Assembly (NCBI GenBank): GCA_016930555.1
Contig: JAFGGM010000054.1
Span: 1-57,756 of the forward strand
DNA: 57,756 nucleotides
DNA from: Candidatus Bathyarchaeum sp.
Lineage (GTDB): Archaea > Thermoproteota > Bathyarchaeia > Bathyarchaeales > Bathyarchaeaceae
Direction: 5' to 3'
The notes below the pieces were generated by a model, which saw nothing but the letters and a program-made list of their open reading frames with translations, was not told where the DNA came from and ran no database searches. Position numbers and translations under genes: made by a program. Of this stretch, positions 26,396 to 35,992 are shown in pieces; the stretch's first letter is position 1; the number at the start of each line of letters is the position of its first letter.

Positions 26396-27075
26396 ATCAT
26401 GCTTTTTTTGTTACAGAAGGGGGAGAATGGGCTGTGGTTCAGCAGGGAATAAACATTAATGACAAGTCGGCGCGAAGGTATCATTGGCTATCCGGTAACG
26501 TGAAAGATTTTGTCGTTGAACCTCATGACGCCGTGGTTGGAGACATGAAAAAAGATGTTGTGCTGGACATGACTTCACAAGAAAGTGAAGGCTGTAGAAA
26601 AACCTCAACTGACATCGTCAAAGAGAATCCGAAAAAATTGAAAAAAACAATTCTTTCTATTCGTCCTGTCCATCAGAAGTCTTTGCAGGAATGGATTCCG
26701 CAGTCTCAAGAAACAGAGTATACAATTGACGCTTTTTCGTTGCCACGTAACCTTAACTGGAACACAGTCAAGCGGGTGTACGATTTTCACCCCAAAAACT
26801 ATGAAGAACTGATAGGCATCAGAGGTGTGGGTCCTGCAACAGTCAGAGCCTTAGCTTTAGTTTCTGAGATGGTCTACGGTGAGAAACCCTGCTGGGAAGA
26901 CTCCATAAAATACAGTTTCTGTGTGGGCGGAAAAGATGGAGTTCCTTATCCCGTGGACAGAGCAACTTATGATGAGACCATAGAAATTTTGGGAAACGCA
27001 ATAGAACAAGCCAAAGTTGGCAACAAAGATAAGCTTAATGCCGTGAAGAGGCTGCGTGTTCTCACAAATCAGTGA
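26396..27075 (+). pseudogene. DUF763 gene, 3' part
   Basis: Resumes as (GYPLY)[50 protein letters not shown]. Confidence 0.92.
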
Positions 27076-27127
27076 GATACTGATTGTTTTTTTGTTTTTC
27101 TAATGTTTTTGAGTGGGATTTATATGA

Positions 27128-27412
27128 ATGACCGTATGTATCATATATCTTAATCGTTATTATTCGATAATTTCACAGGTAGGACAGTTCATGGTTAAAA
27201 AAATTCATATTATTGCTTCCTTGTTGCCTGAAGCATCTGAAGCATCAACTGACCAGATTGAGAAGAAGATACGGAATGATGCAAAAATTCCTTGTTGCAC
27301 AAACATCGAAAAGGTGACGATAGAAGATGCTGAAGAAACGATCATGAATCTGACAAAGCAGGGAGTCTCAAGTAACGTAGCAAGAAATCTTGTAGACCTT
27401 TACACCGAATAA
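27128..27412 (+). CDS. Small hypothetical protein (start probably MVKK at 27191)
   Basis: Plausible composition, LLPEA..QIEKKI..KIPC pattern. Confidence 0.55.
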   Translation: MTVCIIYLNRYYSIISQVGQFMVKKIHIIASLLPEASEASTDQIEKKIRNDAKIPCCTNIEKVTIEDAEETIMNLTKQGVSSNVARNLVDLYTE

Positions 27413-27424
27413 TGATCAAGACAA

Positions 27425-28447
27425 CTATTTTGTCAATATCATGTGATCTGAGGGCTTATTTCCCAGTAGCAACCGGAAGTGGTCACATTTTCCTTCTTTT
27501 TGAACGCGTTCAACTTTTCCTTCTGCAATTACTGTTTCACCACTTTTTGCTTGTTCACAGAATCTTCCTCGAAAGGACACGATCTCTTCAATTGGTTCTG
27601 TTTTTGAGCCTTCAATTGTTTGCACGTTAACGAGCTTATAGGTGCATGGCGTGAAGAGGGCTTCTGAGTCGTTAGCAATTGTGGCTTTTATTTTTGCATT
27701 GCCTTCTGGCTTGTAGATTATGCTGCCATACTGTTCACTGATTTCGTTCAAGTTTTTTACGAAACGGATAAAGAAGTGCTTGTTCATGAATTTGCCGTGA
27801 GAGACTTTTCGGGAATCGGTTCGAACAAAATCTTCGAAAGATACATTGGTGTCCTTCGAACGAAAATCGAACAACTCTCTTAGTCCATCACGGTTGTAGG
27901 CTTCAACTGGACTGGTTTCGTCTTCGAATAGTTCCTGCATGGTTTCTGCTACCCTATACCCTGTTTCGGTTCCATAAACAATGAGGTCAATATCTGAGGA
28001 TGGCTCTTGAAGATGGACTAGGATTGACCCTGAAACACCCAGCTTGCTCCATTGAACCCCAGAATTTTCCTTGAGAATCTCCATAAATCGTAACGCCGTT
28101 GTTTCCGCAGTGTCCAAATTTTTTCTATTTCGTAACTTCTGCAATCCCTGAGCTGGCTGATAATGCGTTTTAATGTCTTCAATGGGAACCTCACATAGCA
28201 GGGTGTTGAAAACTGGATCATCTATTAAATATTGTGGATATTTCTGTTTCAATAGGGCATAGCGTTTAGAGAGGTTGTAGAATTTGGTATATCGTCTTCC
28301 ATCTCTTTCTCGGTTACCAATTGGGTCGGGAACATAACGGATGAAGGCAACCACCCTGTCCGGAGGATGAACTAACCCTTTAACATCAAAAATGATATTG
28401 TCTTTAGTTTCGATCAGGTCGCCTTCTCTAGCGTTCACGTCGTTCAC
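27425..28447 (-). CDS. Archaeal nucleotidyltransferase (COG1665-like)
   Basis: FDVKGLVHPPDRVVAFIRY, GVSGSIL...SDIDLIVYG (GS..DxD), SFRGRFCEQA. Confidence 0.85.
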   Translation of the reverse strand: MNDVNAREGDLIETKDNIIFDVKGLVHPPDRVVAFIRYVPDPIGNRERDGRRYTKFYNLSKRYALLKQKYPQYLIDDPVFNTLLCEVPIEDIKTHYQPAQGLQKLRNRKNLDTAETTALRFMEILKENSGVQWSKLGVSGSILVHLQEPSSDIDLIVYGTETGYRVAETMQELFEDETSPVEAYNRDGLRELFDFRSKDTNVSFEDFVRTDSRKVSHGKFMNKHFFIRFVKNLNEISEQYGSIIYKPEGNAKIKATIANDSEALFTPCTYKLVNVQTIEGSKTEPIEEIVSFRGRFCEQAKSGETVIAEGKVERVQKEGKCDHFRLLLGNKPSDHMILTK

Positions 28448-28544
28448 ACTTTAAATTTGATGATTACCTTGATTAGATTTTCTGGCGGCAATTATCCTTT
28501 TTAAAAATTAGGGAGGGATTGTCGTCGATTTCAACTGGTTTGAT

Positions 28545-29258
28545 TTATCTGATTAGACTCAACATCCCTGATTTTCTGAGGCTGTAATATAAGGGCAAGG
28601 TAATTAGAACGGTTATTATTACTGCAGCTATTCGTTCTAGAGGATAAATGAACATTACGAAGTTCCAGACCGCAGCTTCAAGGTCAAACATCCAGATCGC
28701 TAAAGTGCTGCCGACTATATTGTCAGTTAAAGTCCCTACAAAGGCGGCGACAGTTATGCCTACGCCCAATTTCTTAACGTTCGATAAATCAGTTGACCAC
28801 ACTCCAAGTCGTGTTGAGAAAATTAATCCTACAATAACTGCGATTATGTGCAGAAATGGGTAGCCAATTGCTCCCATGCCATATGGGTGAATGTAGAAGC
28901 CGAGAATTGCTGCTAGAAGAAGTGCAGCTGAGATGTATCCGCGTTTTTCAAATGCAAAGCCTGCACTCATTGCTCCTATGGTAGCGGGCAGAAAGGAAGC
29001 TGGACCGAAGATTGCTCCTGATGGGTTTATGAACATGGCGATTACTGAGCCGATTATGGCTGCTATGCCTCCAGATATGGGTCCGAGGATTATTCCCATG
29101 AGTGGTACTGTTATCACTCCCAAAGTTATTGCGCCATCTACACCTATTGCTATTGTGTACGGTAGGCTACTCAAAACGGTGTGCAATGCTGCAAATACTA
29201 CTATTAATGCTATTCCTTTTGCTGAGAAGATGTTACGGATTGTTTTAGACATTTTCAT
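28545..29258 (-). CDS. ECF transporter S component
   Basis: Multi-TM; PLMGIILGPISGGIAAIIGS, YPLER. Confidence 0.75.
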   Translation of the reverse strand: MKMSKTIRNIFSAKGIALIVVFAALHTVLSSLPYTIAIGVDGAITLGVITVPLMGIILGPISGGIAAIIGSVIAMFINPSGAIFGPASFLPATIGAMSAGFAFEKRGYISAALLLAAILGFYIHPYGMGAIGYPFLHIIAVIVGLIFSTRLGVWSTDLSNVKKLGVGITVAAFVGTLTDNIVGSTLAIWMFDLEAAVWNFVMFIYPLERIAAVIITVLITLPLYYSLRKSGMLSLIR

Positions 29259-29574
29259 TCATCCAAGATTTCGTCGTTGTGTAATTTTTTACACAGCAAC
29301 TTACAAACCTATCTTCTATTTTGGTATATAAGATTAACCCTCTTTTTAGCCAATTTTTTCTAAAAAATACTGTTTTCAGCAATCTGCTGCTATTAGGTTT
29401 CTACTTTATTCTGGTTCTTTCCACCGCTTTTGTTTTTGCAACGAATGTGTTTATTTGGTTGTGTGCCTTGTTTTAGAATTGTTGTGGGATTTTTTTATTT
29501 ATTTTTGTTACTTTTTTTGTTTGATTTGACTTTTTGATTACTTTGTGTTTTCTAAAATTTGACTTCAAGCATTA

Positions 29575-29592
29575 AATGAATAAACATTCATT
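29575..29592. promoter_or_regulatory. Palindrome AATGAA-TAAACA-TTCATT upstream of the KaiC-like-1 TATA box (TTTATATA at 29635)
   Basis: Same TGAA-N6-TTCA core at 30892 and 45901 with matching spacing to TATA. Confidence 0.65.
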
Positions 29593-29679
29593 AAATATGA
29601 TTTTGATAAATATATGTTCAGAAAAAAGAAAAGGTTTATATATAAATAATCAATAATCAAAAGATTAATTGAATAAGAG

Positions 29680-30432
29680 GTGGTTAGTGTGACAATTCCA
29701 AGAACAAAAGCTATCGAATGGATTGACATAGGAGTAAAGGGATTGAACGATTTCATTCCCGGCCTACCAAAAGGTGACGCAATTTTGATTCGAGGTGAAC
29801 CAGGTACAGGTAAAACAATCTGCTGTCTACAATTCCTTCATAAAGGAGCAGAACTAGGCGAAAAATGTTTGTACATTACCACTGAAGAAACCCCTGAATC
29901 AGTAATGCGAACTGGAGGAGAACTCTGGTCCGACTTCCCCGACTTAATCAGAGAAGGAACAATACAGGTAATCAACATGTCCATAAGCGCAGAATACGCC
30001 AGCGAATATGGCATACTTGAAAAAGCAGAAGCAATGAGCATTGCCGAAAAAGGATTTGCTGCACAACCCAGGGCAACCAGAATTGTAATTGACTCGCTGT
30101 CTTCCCTTGAGAGGCGCCTGTCTGATTATGAAGAATTCCGAGAAGTCTTTATGAGGTTGCTGCTCGAAACCAAACGCAAAGGAGCAACGGTGATGCTAAC
30201 TGCAGAAGGTATCCCCCTAACTCCGGACATCACCGAATACCTTGTAGACCACTTGATTTATCTTGACTACCGAAAACAAGACAATGAATGGACCCGTGTG
30301 TACATTCTCCGAAAGTCACGAAGTGTACCCTTGAAGCCTCAGATATTAAAGTTAGATATCAATCCAGGCGGTCTATCAGTCGAAGAGACCCCATTCGCGC
30401 TAAATCCTGTGTGGTTCCAAAGTAAAATTTAA
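29680..30432 (+). CDS. Single-domain KaiC/RAD55-like ATPase, paralog 1
   Basis: GEPGTGKT, YITTEE, RIVIDSLS, EYLVD, RKSR. Confidence 0.9.
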   Translation: MVSVTIPRTKAIEWIDIGVKGLNDFIPGLPKGDAILIRGEPGTGKTICCLQFLHKGAELGEKCLYITTEETPESVMRTGGELWSDFPDLIREGTIQVINMSISAEYASEYGILEKAEAMSIAEKGFAAQPRATRIVIDSLSSLERRLSDYEEFREVFMRLLLETKRKGATVMLTAEGIPLTPDITEYLVDHLIYLDYRKQDNEWTRVYILRKSRSVPLKPQILKLDINPGGLSVEETPFALNPVWFQSKI

Positions 30433-30448
30433 GCAAAGAATTGCTACC

Positions 30449-30480
30449 CCTCACATCAACTGTGAGGACTCCCCTTTTTT
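30449..30480 (+). terminator. Hairpin plus T-run after KaiC-like-1
   Basis: CCTCACA-TCAAC-TGTGAGG followed by TTTTTT. Confidence 0.55.
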
Positions 30481-30891
30481 ATTAAACAGGTACGATTGTT
30501 AAACCTTTGCAAGAACGCACGAGTTTGCATGTGCATCCATTAGGGCATGCTGTTGGGTCTTACATTTTTATTTTATCCAAGTTTGGATCTGAAATAGAAA
30601 GCATAACATATTGTGTTCTAGCTGCTAATTGTTGGCAGTGGATTAAATCGTGAGCTGCAGTTGCTGGTTTCACGGTTTGTTTGAGGTCTGTTCGTCTTTT
30701 GAGTTTTCTGTCGTTTGTTCTCCCCCGACCATTTTTTCTGTTTTTAGATGCACAATAAATGTTAATATTTTATCCGTTGGTTATTCATGAGTTTAACAAT
30801 ATTTTTCTAGGTTTGTTTTTTGGCAATTAATTGTGTCTGAATTAATCAATTAAAAACTTTATTGATTAAGATTTAGATTCTGATGCCATAT

Positions 30892-30973
30892 TGAATAAAC
30901 GTTCAGAGTATATAAGTTTGATAACTAAATATTCATCAAAAAGAAAACATTTATATACAAACAGTCAATATTC
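30892..30973 (+). promoter_or_regulatory. Promoter of the kaiC-like-2/amt operon with TGAA-N6-TTCA site and BRE/TATA
   Basis: TGAATAAACGTTCA (30892-905); AAACATTTATATACAAAC (30945-62), identical to the glnA promoter block. Confidence 0.7.
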
Positions 30974-31004
30974 AGCTGTTTAATTGAATAATAGGTGATT
31001 CGAT

Positions 31005-31745
31005 ATGGCAATGCAAAAAACATCAAACATTGAATGGATCGACATCGGATTGGATGGCTTGGAAAACTTTATTCCTGGCATTCCAAAGGGCGACGCAATA
31101 CTGGTTAGAGGTGAACCAGGCACTGGCAAAACAATCTGCTGTCTACAATTCCTTTACAAAGGAGCAAAACAAGGAGAAAAATGTCTATACATTACCACTG
31201 AAGAAACCCCTGAAACAGTAATGCGAACTGGAGGAGAACTCTGGTCCGATTTCCCTAAACTGATACAAAATGGAACAATCAAAGTCGTCAACCTTTCAAT
31301 CACTGCAAGCTACGCCAGCGAATACTGTCTCGTTGACAAAGCTGAAGCCATGGATATCGTTTTCAAAGGCTTAAGGGCACAACCTAATGCCTCAAGAATC
31401 GTAATCGATTCGCTATCTTCACTGGCTAGGCGTTTATCTAACTCTGAACAATTTCGCCAAGTCTTCATGAAAATACTGATGGAAACTAAAGGCAGAGGAG
31501 CAACAACACTATTCAGCGCTGAAGGAATTCCCGAAGCTCCAGGAATCACCGAATACCTTGTAGACCACTTGATTTATCTTGATTACCGAAAACACGACGT
31601 GGTCTGGACACGAGTTTTCCTTCTACGGAAGGCACGAAGTGTACCCATGAAACCTCAAGTATTGAAACTGAACATAAAAGCAGGCGGATTGTCCGTAGAA
31701 GAGATACCGTTCTCGCTTAAGCCTGTTTGGTTCGGCAGTGACTAG
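31005..31745 (+). CDS. Single-domain KaiC/RAD55-like ATPase, paralog 2
   Basis: Same motifs as paralog 1; 38-nt identical block 30229-30266 = 31545-31582. Confidence 0.9.
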   Translation: MAMQKTSNIEWIDIGLDGLENFIPGIPKGDAILVRGEPGTGKTICCLQFLYKGAKQGEKCLYITTEETPETVMRTGGELWSDFPKLIQNGTIKVVNLSITASYASEYCLVDKAEAMDIVFKGLRAQPNASRIVIDSLSSLARRLSNSEQFRQVFMKILMETKGRGATTLFSAEGIPEAPGITEYLVDHLIYLDYRKHDVVWTRVFLLRKARSVPMKPQVLKLNIKAGGLSVEEIPFSLKPVWFGSD

Positions 31746-31756
31746 AAAGGTGATTA

Positions 31757-33079
31757 ATGATGACATTAGATCAAGCAACTGAAACATGGGCAGCGTTTCA
31801 GCAGAACTTCTTCGTAGGATGGGCACCAGTAGCCATCTTCATAATGGCAACTGCAGGCTTCGCCCTGTTCTATGCAGGAATGGTCCGCAAAAAGAACGTC
31901 ACCCATACGATACTTCAAATCAACGTAGGATGGACACTAGCCTTTGTTGTCTACTTCATCATCGGCTTTCCACTAGCGTACTATGTATCGGCTCCAGTAT
32001 TCGGGTTACCGCAGTTTATTCCTACAATAGCCAACCCGTTGCCGCCATTATTGTCTGAAACAGGCGCTTATGGTCTGCCCGCAAGCCCTTCTGGTATTGG
32101 TGACCTTGCAACATGGTTCAAAATGGGGATGTTCGCTATCACCACTGTAGGTATCGTTCCTGGAGGCTTGGCAGAACGTGACAAGTTCTGGGGTTGGATA
32201 CTCGCTGCAGCAGGCATAGCAGGTTTAATCTATCCTGTGGTTGAACACTGGGTTTGGGGTGGAGGCTGGCTATCGGAAATCGGATTTATCGATTACGCAG
32301 GTTCAGGAGTGGTCCACTTGGTTGGAGGAACACTTGCCTTAACAGGTGCATATGTAATTGGTCCAAGGATTGGAAAGTTCGTCGGAGACAAGAAAATACC
32401 AAGAACATTCTTTGGACATAGCATTCCATTGTCTGTGCTCGGTGCATGGCTACTGGCGTTCGGATGGTTCGGCTTCAACGTCGGCTCAAGCGTAGCAGCA
32501 GACCCAATGACAATCAACATAGAACTTGCATGGGTTTCGCTCACCACAGCAATGTGTATGGCTGGAGGAATGTTCGGCGCAGCAATTACCTCAAGGGGTC
32601 ATGTGCTAACAAGCATGGTTGGCTTGCTTGCAGGAGCTGTTGCAATATGTTCCGGTGCTGCAGTCGTTCATCCGCTAGCAGGATTCGTGATTGGAATAAT
32701 CGCTGGAATAATCACAACCTTCACCATAGGCTTCATTGATCACAAGCTACACATCGACGATGCCTTGGGTTGTTTCCCAGTTCACGCAGCATGTGGAATC
32801 TGGGGACTACTTGCAACAGGAATATTTGGTTACACCGCTTTTGGAGCACACCCAATCTATGGATTCGCAGACGTAAGCACATGGATCAGTCAAATCGGAA
32901 TACAGGCAATCGGTGCAGTATCAATACTCGCCTGGGCAGGTGCAATGGGACTGATAATGTTCACTATATTGAAGAAACTAAACCTGCTAAGGGCCACAAG
33001 GGACGAAGAACTATACGGCCTAGACATCGCAATACACAAGACGCTAGCATACCCCGAAGACATGATGGACGACAAATAA
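31757..33079 (+). CDS. amt: Ammonium transporter
   Basis: GFALFYAGMVRKKN, DYAGSGVVH, GWFGFNVGS, IDDALGCFPVH (twin His), EELYGLDIAIH. Confidence 0.96.
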   Translation: MMTLDQATETWAAFQQNFFVGWAPVAIFIMATAGFALFYAGMVRKKNVTHTILQINVGWTLAFVVYFIIGFPLAYYVSAPVFGLPQFIPTIANPLPPLLSETGAYGLPASPSGIGDLATWFKMGMFAITTVGIVPGGLAERDKFWGWILAAAGIAGLIYPVVEHWVWGGGWLSEIGFIDYAGSGVVHLVGGTLALTGAYVIGPRIGKFVGDKKIPRTFFGHSIPLSVLGAWLLAFGWFGFNVGSSVAADPMTINIELAWVSLTTAMCMAGGMFGAAITSRGHVLTSMVGLLAGAVAICSGAAVVHPLAGFVIGIIAGIITTFTIGFIDHKLHIDDALGCFPVHAACGIWGLLATGIFGYTAFGAHPIYGFADVSTWISQIGIQAIGAVSILAWAGAMGLIMFTILKKLNLLRATRDEELYGLDIAIHKTLAYPEDMMDDK

Positions 33080-33087
33080 ACTCCATA

Positions 33088-33112
33088 GCGCCACAACGGC
33101 GCAACCCTTTTT
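33088..33112 (+). terminator. Hairpin plus T-run after amt
   Basis: GCGCC-ACAAC-GGCGC then CCCTTTTT. Confidence 0.5.
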
Positions 33113-33208
33113 CTCATTTTTCTAATTTTTTCTTGAAAACATCTTTCCGAAGCTCTTAAATATTATTTTAAGGAATGACACACTTCAATCTGGTGAGTTG
33201 ATAATCAT

Positions 33209-35956
33209 TTGACGTCACAATCATCTAGACATAAACTAACAATTGTTTTTTTTGTTAACGTAATAATTGTCGCTGTTGCCATTCCCAGCTACTTCTATAG
33301 TATGTCACAAATTCCCGAACCCGCCAGCTTCCAAGTAACAAATTTGGTTTTTGCTTCTGATTGGATTCAAGTTGGGGAATCGCTGCAGCTTTCTGTTAAC
33401 GTAACTAACATTGGAGACCAGACTGGAAACCATTCTGTAACTCTTACAATTGATGGTGAACCAATAACAACTGAAACGGTTCAGCTTTCAGGGTCAGAAA
33501 GCGTAACAGTGGATTTCACTGCAACAGTAATGACTGAAGGAAATCACACTGTCCAAGTCGGAGATTTAGTCGGCTCGGTCAAAGCTACCTCAGATATTCC
33601 CTCCAAGCCTGCTGAATTGGAAGTAACTGATTTGGGCATCAGTCGAGCCATTGCTGAGCCTGGAGAAACCATATTTGTTTCAGCTACTGTAAAAAACGTT
33701 GGAGACGAGAGCGGCAGTTTTGATTTGGACCTTTTTGTTAATGATGAAAAACGGGGTACTCAACCTATTCAGCTTGACGGTAAAGAAACCACAACAGTAC
33801 AATTCAACGTCACTGAGGAAGCTGAAGGAACTTATGTGGTTAAGGTTGGAGACCTCACCAAATCTTTCGAAATCAGTTCCAATGCCCAGCCAGCTAAACC
33901 AGCCGAGTTCCACGTAACCGACTTAACCATTAATCCTTCCTCGGTCATGGCTGGTGAAACTGTGTCAATTTCAGTTAAGGTAACTAATGTCGGAGAGGAA
34001 TCAGGAACCTATACGGTAAACCTAACAATTGACGGCACAATAACAGACACAAGAACTGTCACATTGTCTGGCGCTCAAACCCAGATTATCGACTTTGGTG
34101 CAAATGAAACAACCGTTGGCACCCACACTGTCGAAGTCAGCGGTCAATCCGGAAATTTCATTGTTGAAGCCTCTGTTGCGGCATCAGACAAAATTGACTT
34201 GCAGAGAGTTTTTGTGGCTCCATATGAAGTAGCGGAGGGGGAAACTGTTACAGTAATAGTTAAAGCTAACAACCTTGCAAACGAGGAGTCAGTTCTTGGT
34301 GCAAGACTTCTTGTCGATGGCGAGGTTGTAGATACAAAGACGACCACTTTGCCTATAGGTGAATCTGAAGAAGCCCTTGAATTTACATTCGCAGCAGGTC
34401 CGGCAAACGCTGAAACATTGAAAGGATACTCCATTGAGGTGATAAATCTAGGCAATCAAAGCGACGTCCTGAAAGGATTTTTCATGGTTGCCCCTGATGG
34501 TTTTCACACTTTATCATTTTCTACAAACGCTATCGGTTTAGAATTCACTATCAACGGCATAACTGAGCCTGTGCCATATAGTAAACTCTTGCCAGAGGGA
34601 AGCTACACCATAACCATACCTGATGGCATTGAAGGCGGAGGCACATTCTGGAACTTCACCAGCTGGAATGATGATAAGTCGACAAGCCTCACTAGGACTA
34701 TATACTTAGATCAACGTATTTCTCTAATTGCCGATTTTATGAACTGCAAATCTTGTCCTTCCTTATATGTTTGGAATGGAACCGAATATTTGTACACAGC
34801 TGAAATCTCCGACGGCACAGGCTACTTGGGAATCTTTAACAACTTCCACGAGGACGGAAGCCTAGCCTTCCTTTACAGTGTTCCTTGGGACTACACCAAG
34901 TTAGATTCGAGCCTGCTCCAAACAAATGGAGAATACTATGACATGACGATCAGACAAAACTGGGACGAAATATCATATGTAGATTCTGCTACATTGGTGA
35001 TTGTGGAGCACTCACGTGATGTAGATGTTTATTCAACCAAAGCCACATACCTGTACGAGATTGAAGGACAAGGAACAATCTACACTGTAAACAAAAATCC
35101 TAATTCTCTCATATCATGCATCAACGGAACCGGACACGATATGTTATCCATAGTTTCAGAACGTGACGGAATCACCACTCTTGGCAACGAATTTACATGG
35201 GACACTCTAGAGCTGAATTTAGGTGACCTCTCTGGGGCAGAAGAAATCAAGCTTGTAGTTTCTGGAAGAATAATCTACTCTTCAGGAGAAGAACAAGGGG
35301 CATGGGTTGGACAGTTCTGGGATAAGCCTGGTGAGCAAGCATTTCCCCCTCCTTACATGGAAGTTAAAGACTCTGAAGGCAACTGGGTTCCTGTTCCAGA
35401 TAAACGTCAGTTCCCGTTGTTGGATGTTACACCAGAAATTTTCGTCGTGAATTTGACTGGGCTCTTCCCAACAGATGATTACTCCCTTAGGTTACACACA
35501 TTCTTCAACACCAGATTCGATTACATCGGAGTGGACACAAAATCCCAGCAGGACATAACAATCCGAGAGGTACCAGTTTCCTCTGCAACTTTGTCCCAAG
35601 CTTTCGAAGCCGAATCCAGCTCAACAGGCAACTTCACCCGATACGGAGACGTAACTGAGCTCATGGGAGCTCCAGACGACATGTTTGTGATAATCCGCCA
35701 AGGCGACGAAATACGAATCCTCTTCTCTGCTGATGATGTGGCTGATGTCCCCGAAGGCATGGAACGTGACTTTTTTGTGTTTGCTAGTGTCTGGTTCAAA
35801 GTTGACGGACTTCCTTACGTGCCCTTCGTTGTTGACCCGTTACCCTTCCATGAAATGACCTGTTTCCCTTATCCAGAAACAGAAAGCTATCCATACGATG
35901 CAGCACATCTTGCTTACCTTACGGAATACAACACTAGAATAATCGTTAGCCCATAA
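33209..35956 (+). CDS. Membrane-anchored surface protein with CARDB/Ig-like repeats and a conserved C-terminal domain
   Basis: N-terminal TM; about four repeats GExxxIsvxVxNvGxxxG; then SCPSLYVWNG...G.FTRYGDV...VDPLPFHEM..YP...EYNTR. Confidence 0.85.
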   Translation: MTSQSSRHKLTIVFFVNVIIVAVAIPSYFYSMSQIPEPASFQVTNLVFASDWIQVGESLQLSVNVTNIGDQTGNHSVTLTIDGEPITTETVQLSGSESVTVDFTATVMTEGNHTVQVGDLVGSVKATSDIPSKPAELEVTDLGISRAIAEPGETIFVSATVKNVGDESGSFDLDLFVNDEKRGTQPIQLDGKETTTVQFNVTEEAEGTYVVKVGDLTKSFEISSNAQPAKPAEFHVTDLTINPSSVMAGETVSISVKVTNVGEESGTYTVNLTIDGTITDTRTVTLSGAQTQIIDFGANETTVGTHTVEVSGQSGNFIVEASVAASDKIDLQRVFVAPYEVAEGETVTVIVKANNLANEESVLGARLLVDGEVVDTKTTTLPIGESEEALEFTFAAGPANAETLKGYSIEVINLGNQSDVLKGFFMVAPDGFHTLSFSTNAIGLEFTINGITEPVPYSKLLPEGSYTITIPDGIEGGGTFWNFTSWNDDKSTSLTRTIYLDQRISLIADFMNCKSCPSLYVWNGTEYLYTAEISDGTGYLGIFNNFHEDGSLAFLYSVPWDYTKLDSSLLQTNGEYYDMTIRQNWDEISYVDSATLVIVEHSRDVDVYSTKATYLYEIEGQGTIYTVNKNPNSLISCINGTGHDMLSIVSERDGITTLGNEFTWDTLELNLGDLSGAEEIKLVVSGRIIYSSGEEQGAWVGQFWDKPGEQAFPPPYMEVKDSEGNWVPVPDKRQFPLLDVTPEIFVVNLTGLFPTDDYSLRLHTFFNTRFDYIGVDTKSQQDITIREVPVSSATLSQAFEAESSSTGNFTRYGDVTELMGAPDDMFVIIRQGDEIRILFSADDVADVPEGMERDFFVFASVWFKVDGLPYVPFVVDPLPFHEMTCFPYPETESYPYDAAHLAYLTEYNTRIIVSP

Positions 35957-35992
35957 ACCATGGAGTTAGATTAGCGAGGAGAAAAGAATGGA

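Noticed and set aside
29260-29560. Riboswitch upstream of the ECF S component
   Set aside because: No TPP, FMN or cobalamin consensus recognisable; the region is low-complexity T-rich.
29680-31745. KaiC pair as a circadian clock or one split two-domain KaiC
   Set aside because: Each is a complete single-domain gene with its own promoter; no kaiA or kaiB.
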